Origin: Acidobacteriota bacterium
Lineage (GTDB): Bacteria > Acidobacteriota > UBA890 > WLXD01
Length of the DNA stretch: 64,000 nt
Direction of reading: 5' to 3'
Assembly: GCA_963666055.2 (NCBI GenBank)
Contig: CAXWPH010000015.1
Coordinates: forward strand, 1,888,001 to 1,952,000
Position 1 is the first letter of the stretch. Every line of letters starts with the position of its first letter. Positions 38,937-47,161 of this stretch are shown piece by piece. The notes under the pieces were generated by a model. The model did not search any database, was not told where the DNA came from, and saw only the letters and a program-made list of their open reading frames with translations. A program made the position numbers and the translations under genes.

Positions 38937-41788
38937 GTGGTTCCGACGCGAGCTCGTCGCAGGACGGGCGCAAGGAACCGACCGGTGGCCGAGGCGTCGA
39001 CCTGCGTGACCTCCTCGGGGGTGCCCGCGGCGACGATCAGGCCGCCGCCGTCACCGCCGTCAGGCCCGAGGTCGACGATCCAGTCAGCGTACTTGATCAC
39101 CTCGAGATTGTGCTCCACCACGACCACGGTATTCCCCTGATCGACGAGTGCATCCAGCACCTGGAGCAGACGCCGTACGTCGTCGAAATGAAGCCCGGTG
39201 GTAGGTTCGTCGAGAAGGTACAGCGTCGAGCCGGTGGCGCGACGCGACAACTCCTTGGCGAGCTTCAGTCGCTGCGCCTCGCCTCCCGAGATCGTCGTGG
39301 CCGGCTGGCCGAGGCGCAAGTACCCCAGACCGACCTCCTGTAGCGCCACGAGCTTCTGGGCGATTGCGGGAACCGCACCGAACTGCTCCGCCGCTTGATC
39401 GATGGTCATTTCCAGGACCTCGGCGATATCGTGGCCGCGATATTTCACCTCCAGCGTTTCGTCGTTGTAGCGGCGCCCCGAGCACTCGTCACACAGCGTG
39501 TACACGTCGGGCAAGAAGTGCATCTCTATCTTCTTCAGGCCGGCTCCGTGGCATCCCTCACAACGCCCCCCCGCCACATTGAACGAGTAACGCCCGGGAC
39601 CGAAGGCGCGGACTTTGCTTTCCGGCAGCGAGGCGAACAGCTGTCGGATGGGCGTGAAGGCCCCCGAGTACGTCGCCGGGTTGGAGCGCGGCGTGCGGCC
39701 GATCGGGTCCTGGGTGATATCGATGACCTTGTCGATCGCCTCGATACCATCGATCCGGTCGTGCTGGCCGGGGCGTGCAGCGGCGCCGTTGAGATGCTGC
39801 GCCAGCGCGCGGTAGAGCGTCTCCTCGACGAGGCTGCTCTTGCCCGAGCCGGACACACCGGCCACCACAATGAAGCAACCAAGGGGCAGCTCGACGTCGA
39901 TGCCCTGGAGGTTGCGATGACGAGCGCCCCGAACGACAAGCCAAGTAGGGCCGCCATCGGCACGCGGTAGCGGCCGACGGCGACGTGCCGGAATCTCGAT
40001 GCTGCGACGCCCCGACAAATATGCGCCGGTCAGTGAGTGCGGATGGTCGGCGACGTCCTCGGGCGGTCCCTGGGCGACGAGGTAGCCTCCTTGTTCGCCG
40101 GCCCCAGGTCCCAGATCGACAACCCAGTCGGCGGCACGGATGGTCTGTTCATCGTGCTCGACCACGATCACGGTATTGCCGAGATCGCGAATCGCCTCGA
40201 GAGCCTCGATCAGCCGGCGGTTGTCGCGCGCGTGCAATCCGATACTCGGCTCGTCGAGGACATACAGAACGCCGCGCAGGCGAGTGCCTATCTGCGTCGC
40301 GAGCCGGATGCGCTGGCTCTCGCCACCGGCCAAGCTGCGCGCTGGGCGGTCGAGGCTGATGTAGCCCAGGCCGACCTGGTGCAGAAACCCCAGACGCTCA
40401 CCAACCTCTTTCAGGATCGGCTCGGCAATGGGGGCCAGCCGCTTGCGCACCGTCATCCGGCCGATCGTGCTTTCGGCCTCCGCGATGGTCAGCGCGGAGA
40501 GCTCCGCGATTGACATGCCATCGATGCGCACCGACAGGCTCTCGGGCCGCAGACGGGTACCGGCACACGCGCCGCACGCGCCCTCGTGGAGGTAGGGCTC
40601 CAGCCGCTTCAGAACACGGGTCGACTCGGCATTTTGTAGGGCGCGCTGCAGCCACGGCACCACTCCGCGAAAGCCGCGTGCCAGGCTCTTGTCGAGGTAG
40701 TCGCCCTTGAGACGGAATTTGATCGGTTTGCCATCATCGGGTCCGTGCATCACGAGGTCGCGAAAGCGTCGCGGCAAGGTATTCCAGCGCTTGCGAATAT
40801 CGACCTTCTCGACGCGTGCGAGAGCCCGCAGGAACGCCCGCGGGTAAGCGTCCCCCCGCCACGGCGCGATGGCTTCGTCGAGCAGACCGAGCTCGACGTC
40901 TGGCACGATGCGGCCCTCATCGAATCGCCGGTCTGTCCCCAGGCCATCGCAGACAGAACATGCGCCGCGCGGGCTGTTGAAGGAAAAGGATCGCGGCTCG
41001 AGGTCCGGAAGGCTGATTCCACAACGCGGGCAAGAGAGCTTGTTGGAAAAGAGATGATCCCCCTCACCGACGACGTTGATGATTACCACACCGTCACCAA
41101 GCTGTAGGGCTGTGTCGATGGCCGCGTGCAGCCGGTCGCGCACCTTGGGCCGCAGCACGAGGCGATCGACGACGACTTCGATGTCGTGCAGTTTGTTGCG
41201 GTCCAGCTTGATAGCCTCGCCACCGAGCTCGCGAATGCGTCCATCGATCCGTGCGCGGGCATATCCGCTGGTAGCGAGGCGCGCCAATTCAGCGCGGTAC
41301 TCGCCCTTTCGGCCGCGAATGATCGGCCCCATGATCTGGAGCTTCGCCCCTTCGGGTAGAGCCAGGACACGCTCGACGATCTGCCGGCCAGTTTGCGAAA
41401 CGACCGGGCGATCACAGCGCGGGCAGTATGGTGTGCCGACGCGGGCGTACAGCAAGCGTAGAAAGTCGTATATCTCCGTAACGGTGCCGACTGTCGACCG
41501 CGGATTGCGGCTGGTCGTTTTCTGGTCGATGGCGATCGACGGTGAAAGGCCCTCGACGATGTCGACGTCGGGCCGCTCCATCTGTTCCAGGAATTGCCGG
41601 GCGTAGGCCGACAAGGATTCCACGTACCGACGTTGACCCTCGGCGTACAACGTGTCGAACGCCAACGATGACTTGCCTGATCCTGACGGTCCGGTGACCA
41701 CGATCAGGGCGAAACGCGGCAAGTCGAGATCGAGGCCTTTGAGATTATGCTGCCTCGCCCCGCGGATCTTGATGCGGTCGATGCTCAC
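38933..41788 (-). CDS. uvrA: excinuclease ABC subunit A
   Basis: [22 protein letters not shown], zinc fingers, second Walker [34 protein letters not shown] start at 41788 chosen. Confidence 0.99.
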   Translation of the reverse strand: MSIDRIKIRGARQHNLKGLDLDLPRFALIVVTGPSGSGKSSLAFDTLYAEGQRRYVESLSAYARQFLEQMERPDVDIVEGLSPSIAIDQKTTSRNPRSTVGTVTEIYDFLRLLYARVGTPYCPRCDRPVVSQTGRQIVERVLALPEGAKLQIMGPIIRGRKGEYRAELARLATSGYARARIDGRIRELGGEAIKLDRNKLHDIEVVVDRLVLRPKVRDRLHAAIDTALQLGDGVVIINVVGEGDHLFSNKLSCPRCGISLPDLEPRSFSFNSPRGACSVCDGLGTDRRFDEGRIVPDVELGLLDEAIAPWRGDAYPRAFLRALARVEKVDIRKRWNTLPRRFRDLVMHGPDDGKPIKFRLKGDYLDKSLARGFRGVVPWLQRALQNAESTRVLKRLEPYLHEGACGACAGTRLRPESLSVRIDGMSIAELSALTIAEAESTIGRMTVRKRLAPIAEPILKEVGERLGFLHQVGLGYISLDRPARSLAGGESQRIRLATQIGTRLRGVLYVLDEPSIGLHARDNRRLIEALEAIRDLGNTVIVVEHDEQTIRAADWVVDLGPGAGEQGGYLVAQGPPEDVADHPHSLTGAYLSGRRSIEIPARRRRPLPRADGGPTWLVVRGARHRNLQGIDVELPLGCFIVVAGVSGSGKSSLVEETLYRALAQHLNGAAARPGQHDRIDGIEAIDKVIDITQDPIGRTPRSNPATYSGAFTPIRQLFASLPESKVRAFGPGRYSFNVAGGRCEGCHGAGLKKIEMHFLPDVYTLCDECSGRRYNDETLEVKYRGHDIAEVLEMTIDQAAEQFGAVPAIAQKLVALQEVGLGYLRLGQPATTISGGEAQRLKLAKELSRRATGSTLYLLDEPTTGLHFDDVRRLLQVLDALVDQGNTVVVVEHNLEVIKYADWIVDLGPDGGDGGGLIVAAGTPEEVTQVDASATGRFLAPVLRRARVGTT

Positions 41789-41802
41789 GAAATAATGGCC
41801 CG

Positions 41803-41821
41803 TAACTATTGTTATTGTTCG
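41803..41821. promoter_or_regulatory. AT-rich palindrome TAAC-N4-GTTA upstream of uvrA, possible repressor operator
   Basis: TAACTATTGTTA at 41803-41814 plus an ATTGTT direct repeat, about 15 nt from the uvrA start. Confidence 0.3.
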
Positions 41822-41969
41822 GTATTTACCCTGGACTCGCGGCATTGTGACGCCTGGCAGCGGCGGAGGCTAAGATCGTCCGAAGCGTCGCCCGACCCCA
41901 CGTATTGTCGATGCCCCCGAGCCCAGGGTTTCGACGGAAGCACAGCTGACCAAATCTAGCAAAGTCGCC

Positions 41970-42905
41970 ATGCGGTCGAAAGCAAGCAACTCGACGGAAA
42001 ACACCATCGAGGCCGGGACCCTTTATATCGTCGCCACGCCGATCGGCAATCTGGGAGACCTCACGCGGCGTGCCGAGCATGTGCTCGGTGGCGTTGACTC
42101 GGTCTTGGCAGAAGACACTCGGCGTACCCGCCGGCTGCTATCGCACCTTGGCATTTCAACGCGCCTCGAAGCCCACCACGAGCACAACGAGGCCCGTACG
42201 GTGCCCAGGTTAGTCGAACGGCTACGTGGTGGGGCGGCGCTGGCCTTGGTCAGCGACGCCGGAACGCCGGCAGTGGCGGATCCTGGCTACAGGCTAGTTC
42301 GAGCCGCAATCGACGCCGGGGCCTCGATCGTGCCGGTACCCGGCGCCAGCGCGGTTCTGGCGGCGCTGGTCGGATCAGGCCTGCCGATGGACCGATTCAC
42401 CTTCGTCGGATACCCGCCGCGCAAGGACGGTGAGCGCAGGCGGTTTCTGCGCCAGCTGGTGGCCACTCCAGGCACATTGGTGCTGCTGGAATCGCCGCGC
42501 CGAATCGCCGCCACGTTGGCGGCAGCAGCAGAGATCCTGGGCAACCGGCAGGCGGCGCTGGCGCGCGAGCTCACCAAGATGCACGAGGAATTCCGACGCG
42601 GTAGCCTGGCCGAGATCCTGGCGGAGCTGGAACATGACGTTCGCGGCGAGATCACCTTGTGCATCGGCCCACCGGATGACGGGCCGCGGCAGGCACCCGA
42701 CGACGACCAGCTACGGCGCAGCTACGCAGACAAGCTCGGGGCCGGCATCGAGCGCAGCGCTGCCCTGCGGCAGCTGGCGACGGAAACCGGTTTGCGTCGC
42801 CGTGATGTCTACGGCGCACTACACTTGCGGCCGCCTGAGGCCGTCGACGAGAGGACCGCGCCTCCGACGACGAACGACGAACCCGACTCCGGAGCCACGG
42901 AATGA
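41970..42905 (+). CDS. rsmI: 16S rRNA (cytidine1402-2'-O)-methyltransferase RsmI
   Basis: LYIVATPIGNLGD, AEDTR, LVSDAGTP, ESPRR, RELTKMHEE. Confidence 0.97.
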   Translation: MRSKASNSTENTIEAGTLYIVATPIGNLGDLTRRAEHVLGGVDSVLAEDTRRTRRLLSHLGISTRLEAHHEHNEARTVPRLVERLRGGAALALVSDAGTPAVADPGYRLVRAAIDAGASIVPVPGASAVLAALVGSGLPMDRFTFVGYPPRKDGERRRFLRQLVATPGTLVLLESPRRIAATLAAAAEILGNRQAALARELTKMHEEFRRGSLAEILAELEHDVRGEITLCIGPPDDGPRQAPDDDQLRRSYADKLGAGIERSAALRQLATETGLRRRDVYGALHLRPPEAVDERTAPPTTNDEPDSGATE

Positions 42906-43333
42906 AACACCTGCTGACCGTCATCGCGACCGTGCTTGTTACAGCCGCCTGCAGCCCGCCATCGGGCGAGGAGCTTGTTCAGAAGGTCATGGAACAGAGG
43001 AACAACTACGACGCCACGCCGCAATCATGGATTGTGCGCCCCGACAGCTCCATCTACCTCGAGGTGTTGGTGGTCAACAATAACCTCGAGGGAGGCCTGC
43101 GAACGCTCACGGTCCTGGTCGAGCAGCTCGACGCCGATGACAGCGTGCTCAAGAGCGAACGCGTGCCGATCAACGTGGTGTCGCTGACTGCCGGTCTCGG
43201 CAAGAACCTCGGGGTCAGCGTCATGGCCGTGCGACCCGATGTGGAGTACGTACGTTTGCTCATCGAGACTGCTCCAGAAGCCGATACCTGGCCGGACTTC
43301 CCCGAGTTCGGCGCTGTCCGCCCCCGCGACTGA
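42902..43333 (+). CDS. hypothetical lipoprotein
   Basis: Lipobox TAA-C; ATGA overlap with the rsmI stop. Confidence 0.75.
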   Translation: MKHLLTVIATVLVTAACSPPSGEELVQKVMEQRNNYDATPQSWIVRPDSSIYLEVLVVNNNLEGGLRTLTVLVEQLDADDSVLKSERVPINVVSLTAGLGKNLGVSVMAVRPDVEYVRLLIETAPEADTWPDFPEFGAVRPRD

Positions 43334-43340
43334 GCGCAAG

Positions 43341-43378
43341 CTAGCAGGCCCCGCCACACTTCCACCACGGCCTGCTAC
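43341..43378. repeat. dispersed repeat / hairpin with 9-bp inverted ends TAGCAGGCC..GGCCTGCTA between convergent genes
   Basis: 43353-43377 is the exact reverse complement of 53323-53347; it could also act as a terminator. Confidence 0.8.
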
Positions 43379-44526
43379 GAAGCGGACACGGTGAAGAGCT
43401 GGCGGTGGCCCTCCAGGATCCGCGCCTTCGCTTCGGCGTCAGGCTCTATCGTCTCGACGCCGCGTTCGTGAGTACCGCCGAGCAGAATGCCGTCCGAGCG
43501 CGGAAACATGTAGAGCTCATCTTTGACAACGATGTAGTCCACCTCCGGCTGTGGCAGGAGCACTGTGAGCTGCCCCTTCACCGGCAGCATCTCGGCATCG
43601 CCGAACAAATCGCGGGCACCCAGACCGGCGCAGTTGACGATCACTTGCTCCGGCAGTTGTTGCAGCTCCGACGGAGCTGCGAAGTCGCGTACGACGATCC
43701 GTCCCCCTGCTAAATGGAAGTCACGTTGTAGGGCGTCGAGATATGCCGGCATCTCGACCAGCATGGTGGTGAATCGGTAGGCATGGGCGGTTGGGAAGGG
43801 ATGCTCGTCGCGGCGCAGAATCTGCGTTTCCGGATAGAGTTCCGCGAGCGCGCCTCGTGACCCGGCCAGAGGATCGTCGCCAACGATGTAGTTCTCGATC
43901 CATCGTACGGCGTAGTGTTGGCCGACGAGGTTCTGGAAATATTGATGCGCAAGGCGTGCGGCACGTACGAACTGGGCATCGTACGTCGCGGTCGTCCGAC
44001 CCGGGTCGGAGACCATCGACGGTGACCACTGGCCGCCCGCCATGTTTGACGTCGTCTTCGGCGGCAAGTCGCGCGCGTAGATCGTCGTCTTCCACCCACG
44101 TTGTTGCATTACGCGAGCTGTCGCCAGGCCAACCGCTCCGCAGCCGATGACGGCGCAGCGCCGCGTATCCGCACCGGCGGCGATCTCCTCGGCTAGCAGC
44201 GCGGTGCCCCAGGAAAGCGTCACCCCGCCGCCCCCGTGCCCATAGTTGTGCACTACAAGCTGGCGATCGAATCGCTCGGCCTCGACGCGAAAGCCCGACG
44301 GCCTGAAGGGGCGAAGGCCGACGACGGTGCGGATCTCGCGGCGCGGGTCGACGTGCACTGGAAAGAGCGTGCGCGCCCGCGGTGGTGCCCAAACGGCTCT
44401 ACTACGGCCGTCTAGCGCCCCCGGGGTGCTCGTCGCAACACGATCGGCGCGCCCTGCGCAAGCGAGGCCGAATCCGCCCGCGGCGGCCAGCCCGCTCAGG
44501 TTCCACAGCAGCGTTCGCCGGTCCAT
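43375..44526 (-). CDS. Tat-exported FAD-dependent D-amino-acid oxidase-family protein (circularly permuted)
   Basis: MDRRTLL leader; VGLRP and HNYGHGGGG occur before AVIGCGAVG; TTSNMAGG, VNCAGLGA, PVKGQ. Confidence 0.88.
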   Translation of the reverse strand: MDRRTLLWNLSGLAAAGGFGLACAGRADRVATSTPGALDGRSRAVWAPPRARTLFPVHVDPRREIRTVVGLRPFRPSGFRVEAERFDRQLVVHNYGHGGGGVTLSWGTALLAEEIAAGADTRRCAVIGCGAVGLATARVMQQRGWKTTIYARDLPPKTTSNMAGGQWSPSMVSDPGRTTATYDAQFVRAARLAHQYFQNLVGQHYAVRWIENYIVGDDPLAGSRGALAELYPETQILRRDEHPFPTAHAYRFTTMLVEMPAYLDALQRDFHLAGGRIVVRDFAAPSELQQLPEQVIVNCAGLGARDLFGDAEMLPVKGQLTVLLPQPEVDYIVVKDELYMFPRSDGILLGGTHERGVETIEPDAEAKARILEGHRQLFTVSAS

Positions 44527-44566
44527 AGGCCGCCATCATGGCGGCAACACCGCTACAACTGGGCAT

Positions 44567-44755
44567 CTACGACTGCTCCTCGCAGATGACACAGACGGTG
44601 TCGCTAGCCACGTCCGGCGCACTGGCGACCTGCACGTTCTTGACGGTGCCCGGCCAGGCGTTGGCGCCGGCGCTACCGAGCTACCCGGGGGCGGCGACCA
44701 CGAACTCGATCTGCCGACCCGACGGCGAGTAACAGGTACTCACCGCGTTGAACGA
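44567..44755 (-). pseudogene. short coding-like remnant with internal TAG
   Basis: Strong GC3 bias in frame; ..YSPSGRQIEFVVAAPG*LGSAGANAWPGTVKNVQV..DTVCVICEEQS*. Confidence 0.35.
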
Positions 44756-45757
44756 TCAGTTGTTGTCGCCAGCTACAATCGCTTCTACCGCCTCGACCGC
44801 CGCCTCCGAGGTCACCCCAGCGATCGAGTTGAGGCAGTCGAGCAAGTTGCTGCAATCCGACGACGGATCGTCGACTGGAGTCGCTGCCAGCACCTCGGCG
44901 GGTATGTCGCGCGCCGAACGATAAGCGCGAACCATGCGCTCAAACCACGCCGGGTCGAGGGTCGAGTCTTGAGCAGTCGGGTAGTAGACGGCGTTGCCCT
45001 CGGTCACCTTCAGGTGCTCAACGGCACTCGCCAGCGATTCACGATAGCGCTCCCGGTCGGGAGCCGTGAACTGCCCGGCGCTGGACCGTAGGTAATCGAC
45101 GGCGCGCTGCCAGACGACCGGATCCGGCTCCATGTCGCGCTGTCGCCCATAGGCTTCCATGCGCGCCAGCGAGCGCTTCCATTCATCTGCCGAGTACATA
45201 CCCGGGTGCGGTGGCTGATGACAGGCCGAGCAGGCCTGCAGGTACGCACCGCCGCCCTCGCTTCGCAGGTTGGGAAACTGACCGTTCTGGGCATAGTTGC
45301 GCACGATCGCGGCGCGATAACGGCTGTTGACCTGCGCTGCGATCGCCGCCGGATCGTGGGCGCCTTGCTGCTCGATGAGTTGGCCGGCGACTACCGCCTC
45401 CTCGAGACATGTAGCGCAGGCAGCCGCGTGCTGCGATCGATAGCAGTCGACCACACCCGTGTGTCCGTATAGCTCGCACGGACAATAGCAGGCGATCTTC
45501 TCGAGCACCTCTGGGTGATCGCGGGCGACACGGTAGGCCACCGGAATCCGTTGCAGATAGTCGAGCGGTATGAAGTCCTTTCGCGGCGTGGCGGCGGCGG
45601 GCGCGGCGCTGTTCGGTTGGTCGGGCGTGCCGACAGCAGCGCTGGGCGCGCTGCCGCCGTCCGCGGCGAGTGTCGACGAGCTGCCCGTGGCTTGGCTGCC
45701 ACAAGCGGCCACCGTGATCATCGCGGCGCCGATGAGCAAAAGCTGCCTTGCCCCCAT
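44756..45757 (-). CDS. lipoprotein: PCYCGC-motif domain fused to c-type cytochrome
   Basis: Lipobox VAA-C; IACYCPC..H..DCY..HAAACATC; heme motif CSACH. Start set at ATG 45757. Confidence 0.8.
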   Translation of the reverse strand: MGARQLLLIGAAMITVAACGSQATGSSSTLAADGGSAPSAAVGTPDQPNSAAPAAATPRKDFIPLDYLQRIPVAYRVARDHPEVLEKIACYCPCELYGHTGVVDCYRSQHAAACATCLEEAVVAGQLIEQQGAHDPAAIAAQVNSRYRAAIVRNYAQNGQFPNLRSEGGGAYLQACSACHQPPHPGMYSADEWKRSLARMEAYGRQRDMEPDPVVWQRAVDYLRSSAGQFTAPDRERYRESLASAVEHLKVTEGNAVYYPTAQDSTLDPAWFERMVRAYRSARDIPAEVLAATPVDDPSSDCSNLLDCLNSIAGVTSEAAVEAVEAIVAGDNN

Positions 45758-45824
45758 TGTTCTCACTCCTCGCATCGACTGCGCTGTCCCAGCACGTCCG
45801 TCGCTTGACCTCTCCGTACGCGGC

Positions 45825-46928
45825 TCATCGCCGCGACGGCACCACCGCGTCTTCCGACTCCTCACTAGCTTCCCACAGCGCAAGGACTCCCCCAAAGCGC
45901 GGATCGACAATCTCGATATTTGCTCTCTCGCGGAGATTGCGCACGTATTCGTTCATGCGCACCTGTGACTTTTCCGACGTCAGCCGCTGTCGTATCGACT
46001 CTCGCGCGTCGTCGAGCTCGGCAATGTCCTGTTCGCTGCGCTCCACCACCTTGACGATCGAGAAGCCGAACGTCGTCTCGATCGGGTCCGAGAACGACCC
46101 CACCGTCAGCGCCGGAACCGTCGCTGCCAGACCTTCGGTGAGATCTTCCACAGCAATGAAGCTACCGGTATCGGCGACGTGTTGACCGTTGACGTACTTC
46201 TCCCCCACGGCGCTTGCGTCTTCACCGGCCTGAAGTTCCGCCGCGGCGGCGAACGCCTGCTGGCGCAGCGAGGCTGGCTCGCCGATGAACACCAACTGCT
46301 CTAGGCGCACCTGTTCCGGCGCGGTGAACTCATCCCGGTTGTCGGTGTAGTAGTCGTTGATCTCGGTCTCGGAAACGAAAATCTGCCGCTGCACCTCATC
46401 AAAAGCGAGGCGCTGCTGGCGCAGGTTATCGCGCAACTGCTCGCGGAGCTCGTCCATGGTGAGCCCCATTTCCTCCAACGCGGCATTGAGCTCTGCGTCC
46501 GTCGTGAAGCCGTTTGTTTCGCGCAGGCCTTGGATCTGACGATCGACCATGTTGGCGTCGACCGTGATGCCGACCAGGTCGGCGCGCTGCAGCATCATTT
46601 TCTGATCGACCATCCCGGCGAGGATTTGCGTGGTCAACATCGGTATCTGCGCTTCGATCTCCTCCGCCGGGAATTGCTGGCGCAAGAGGCTCAGCCGATC
46701 CTCGACTACAGAGCGCAACTCGGTCAGCAGGATCGGGTCTCCGTTGACCTTTATCAGCACCATGTTGATGATGTTGTCAGGCACACGCGGCATGCTCGTC
46801 GCCGTCACCAGGGCATCCTCGGTCGCCTCCTGAGCGAGTGCCCGCGCCGGCACGAAGAGCGCTGCCGCGCTGATACAGGCGGCACAGAGCGCGATGGTCA
46901 GGAGCGACATGCCGGGATTCTCGTTCAT
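45825..46928 (-). CDS. surA: SurA-like periplasmic chaperone / parvulin PPIase
   Basis: Signal peptide, KVNGDPILLTEL, VSETEINDYY..FTAPEQVRL, SDPIETTFGFSIVKV, LRERANIEI; downstream of mfd. Confidence 0.82.
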   Translation of the reverse strand: MNENPGMSLLTIALCAACISAAALFVPARALAQEATEDALVTATSMPRVPDNIINMVLIKVNGDPILLTELRSVVEDRLSLLRQQFPAEEIEAQIPMLTTQILAGMVDQKMMLQRADLVGITVDANMVDRQIQGLRETNGFTTDAELNAALEEMGLTMDELREQLRDNLRQQRLAFDEVQRQIFVSETEINDYYTDNRDEFTAPEQVRLEQLVFIGEPASLRQQAFAAAAELQAGEDASAVGEKYVNGQHVADTGSFIAVEDLTEGLAATVPALTVGSFSDPIETTFGFSIVKVVERSEQDIAELDDARESIRQRLTSEKSQVRMNEYVRNLRERANIEIVDPRFGGVLALWEASEESEDAVVPSRR

Positions 46929-47086
46929 CGTCTCAGCTCGACGGATCGTAGGCGGTGCGATTGACGGGGCGGGCCGGTCTCCCGGAATCGGGCAATGACG
47001 TCGGTATGGGAAGGCTGCGAGCGTCGGCGGTGCGGGGAAACGGCGACGGAATACCGTAGATCAGCGTACCACGGGCCGGTTGTGGC

Positions 47087-47134
47087 CTTCATCCGACAAA
47101 CAGCGGCTTTCGCTGCCGGGGGCCTAGCAGGCCC
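47087..47134 (-). terminator. possible terminator hairpins after mfd
   Basis: Minus strand GGGCCTGCTAGGCCC, then CAGCG-AAAGC-CGCTG followed by TTTGT. Confidence 0.3.
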
Positions 47135-47161
47135 GATATCTGGCTGCGAATTGGTGCGGTT

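Noticed and set aside
44538-44732. 64-aa plus-strand ORF as a RiPP precursor
   Set aside because: Ser/Thr/Ala richness fits a shadow frame; no modifying enzymes nearby.
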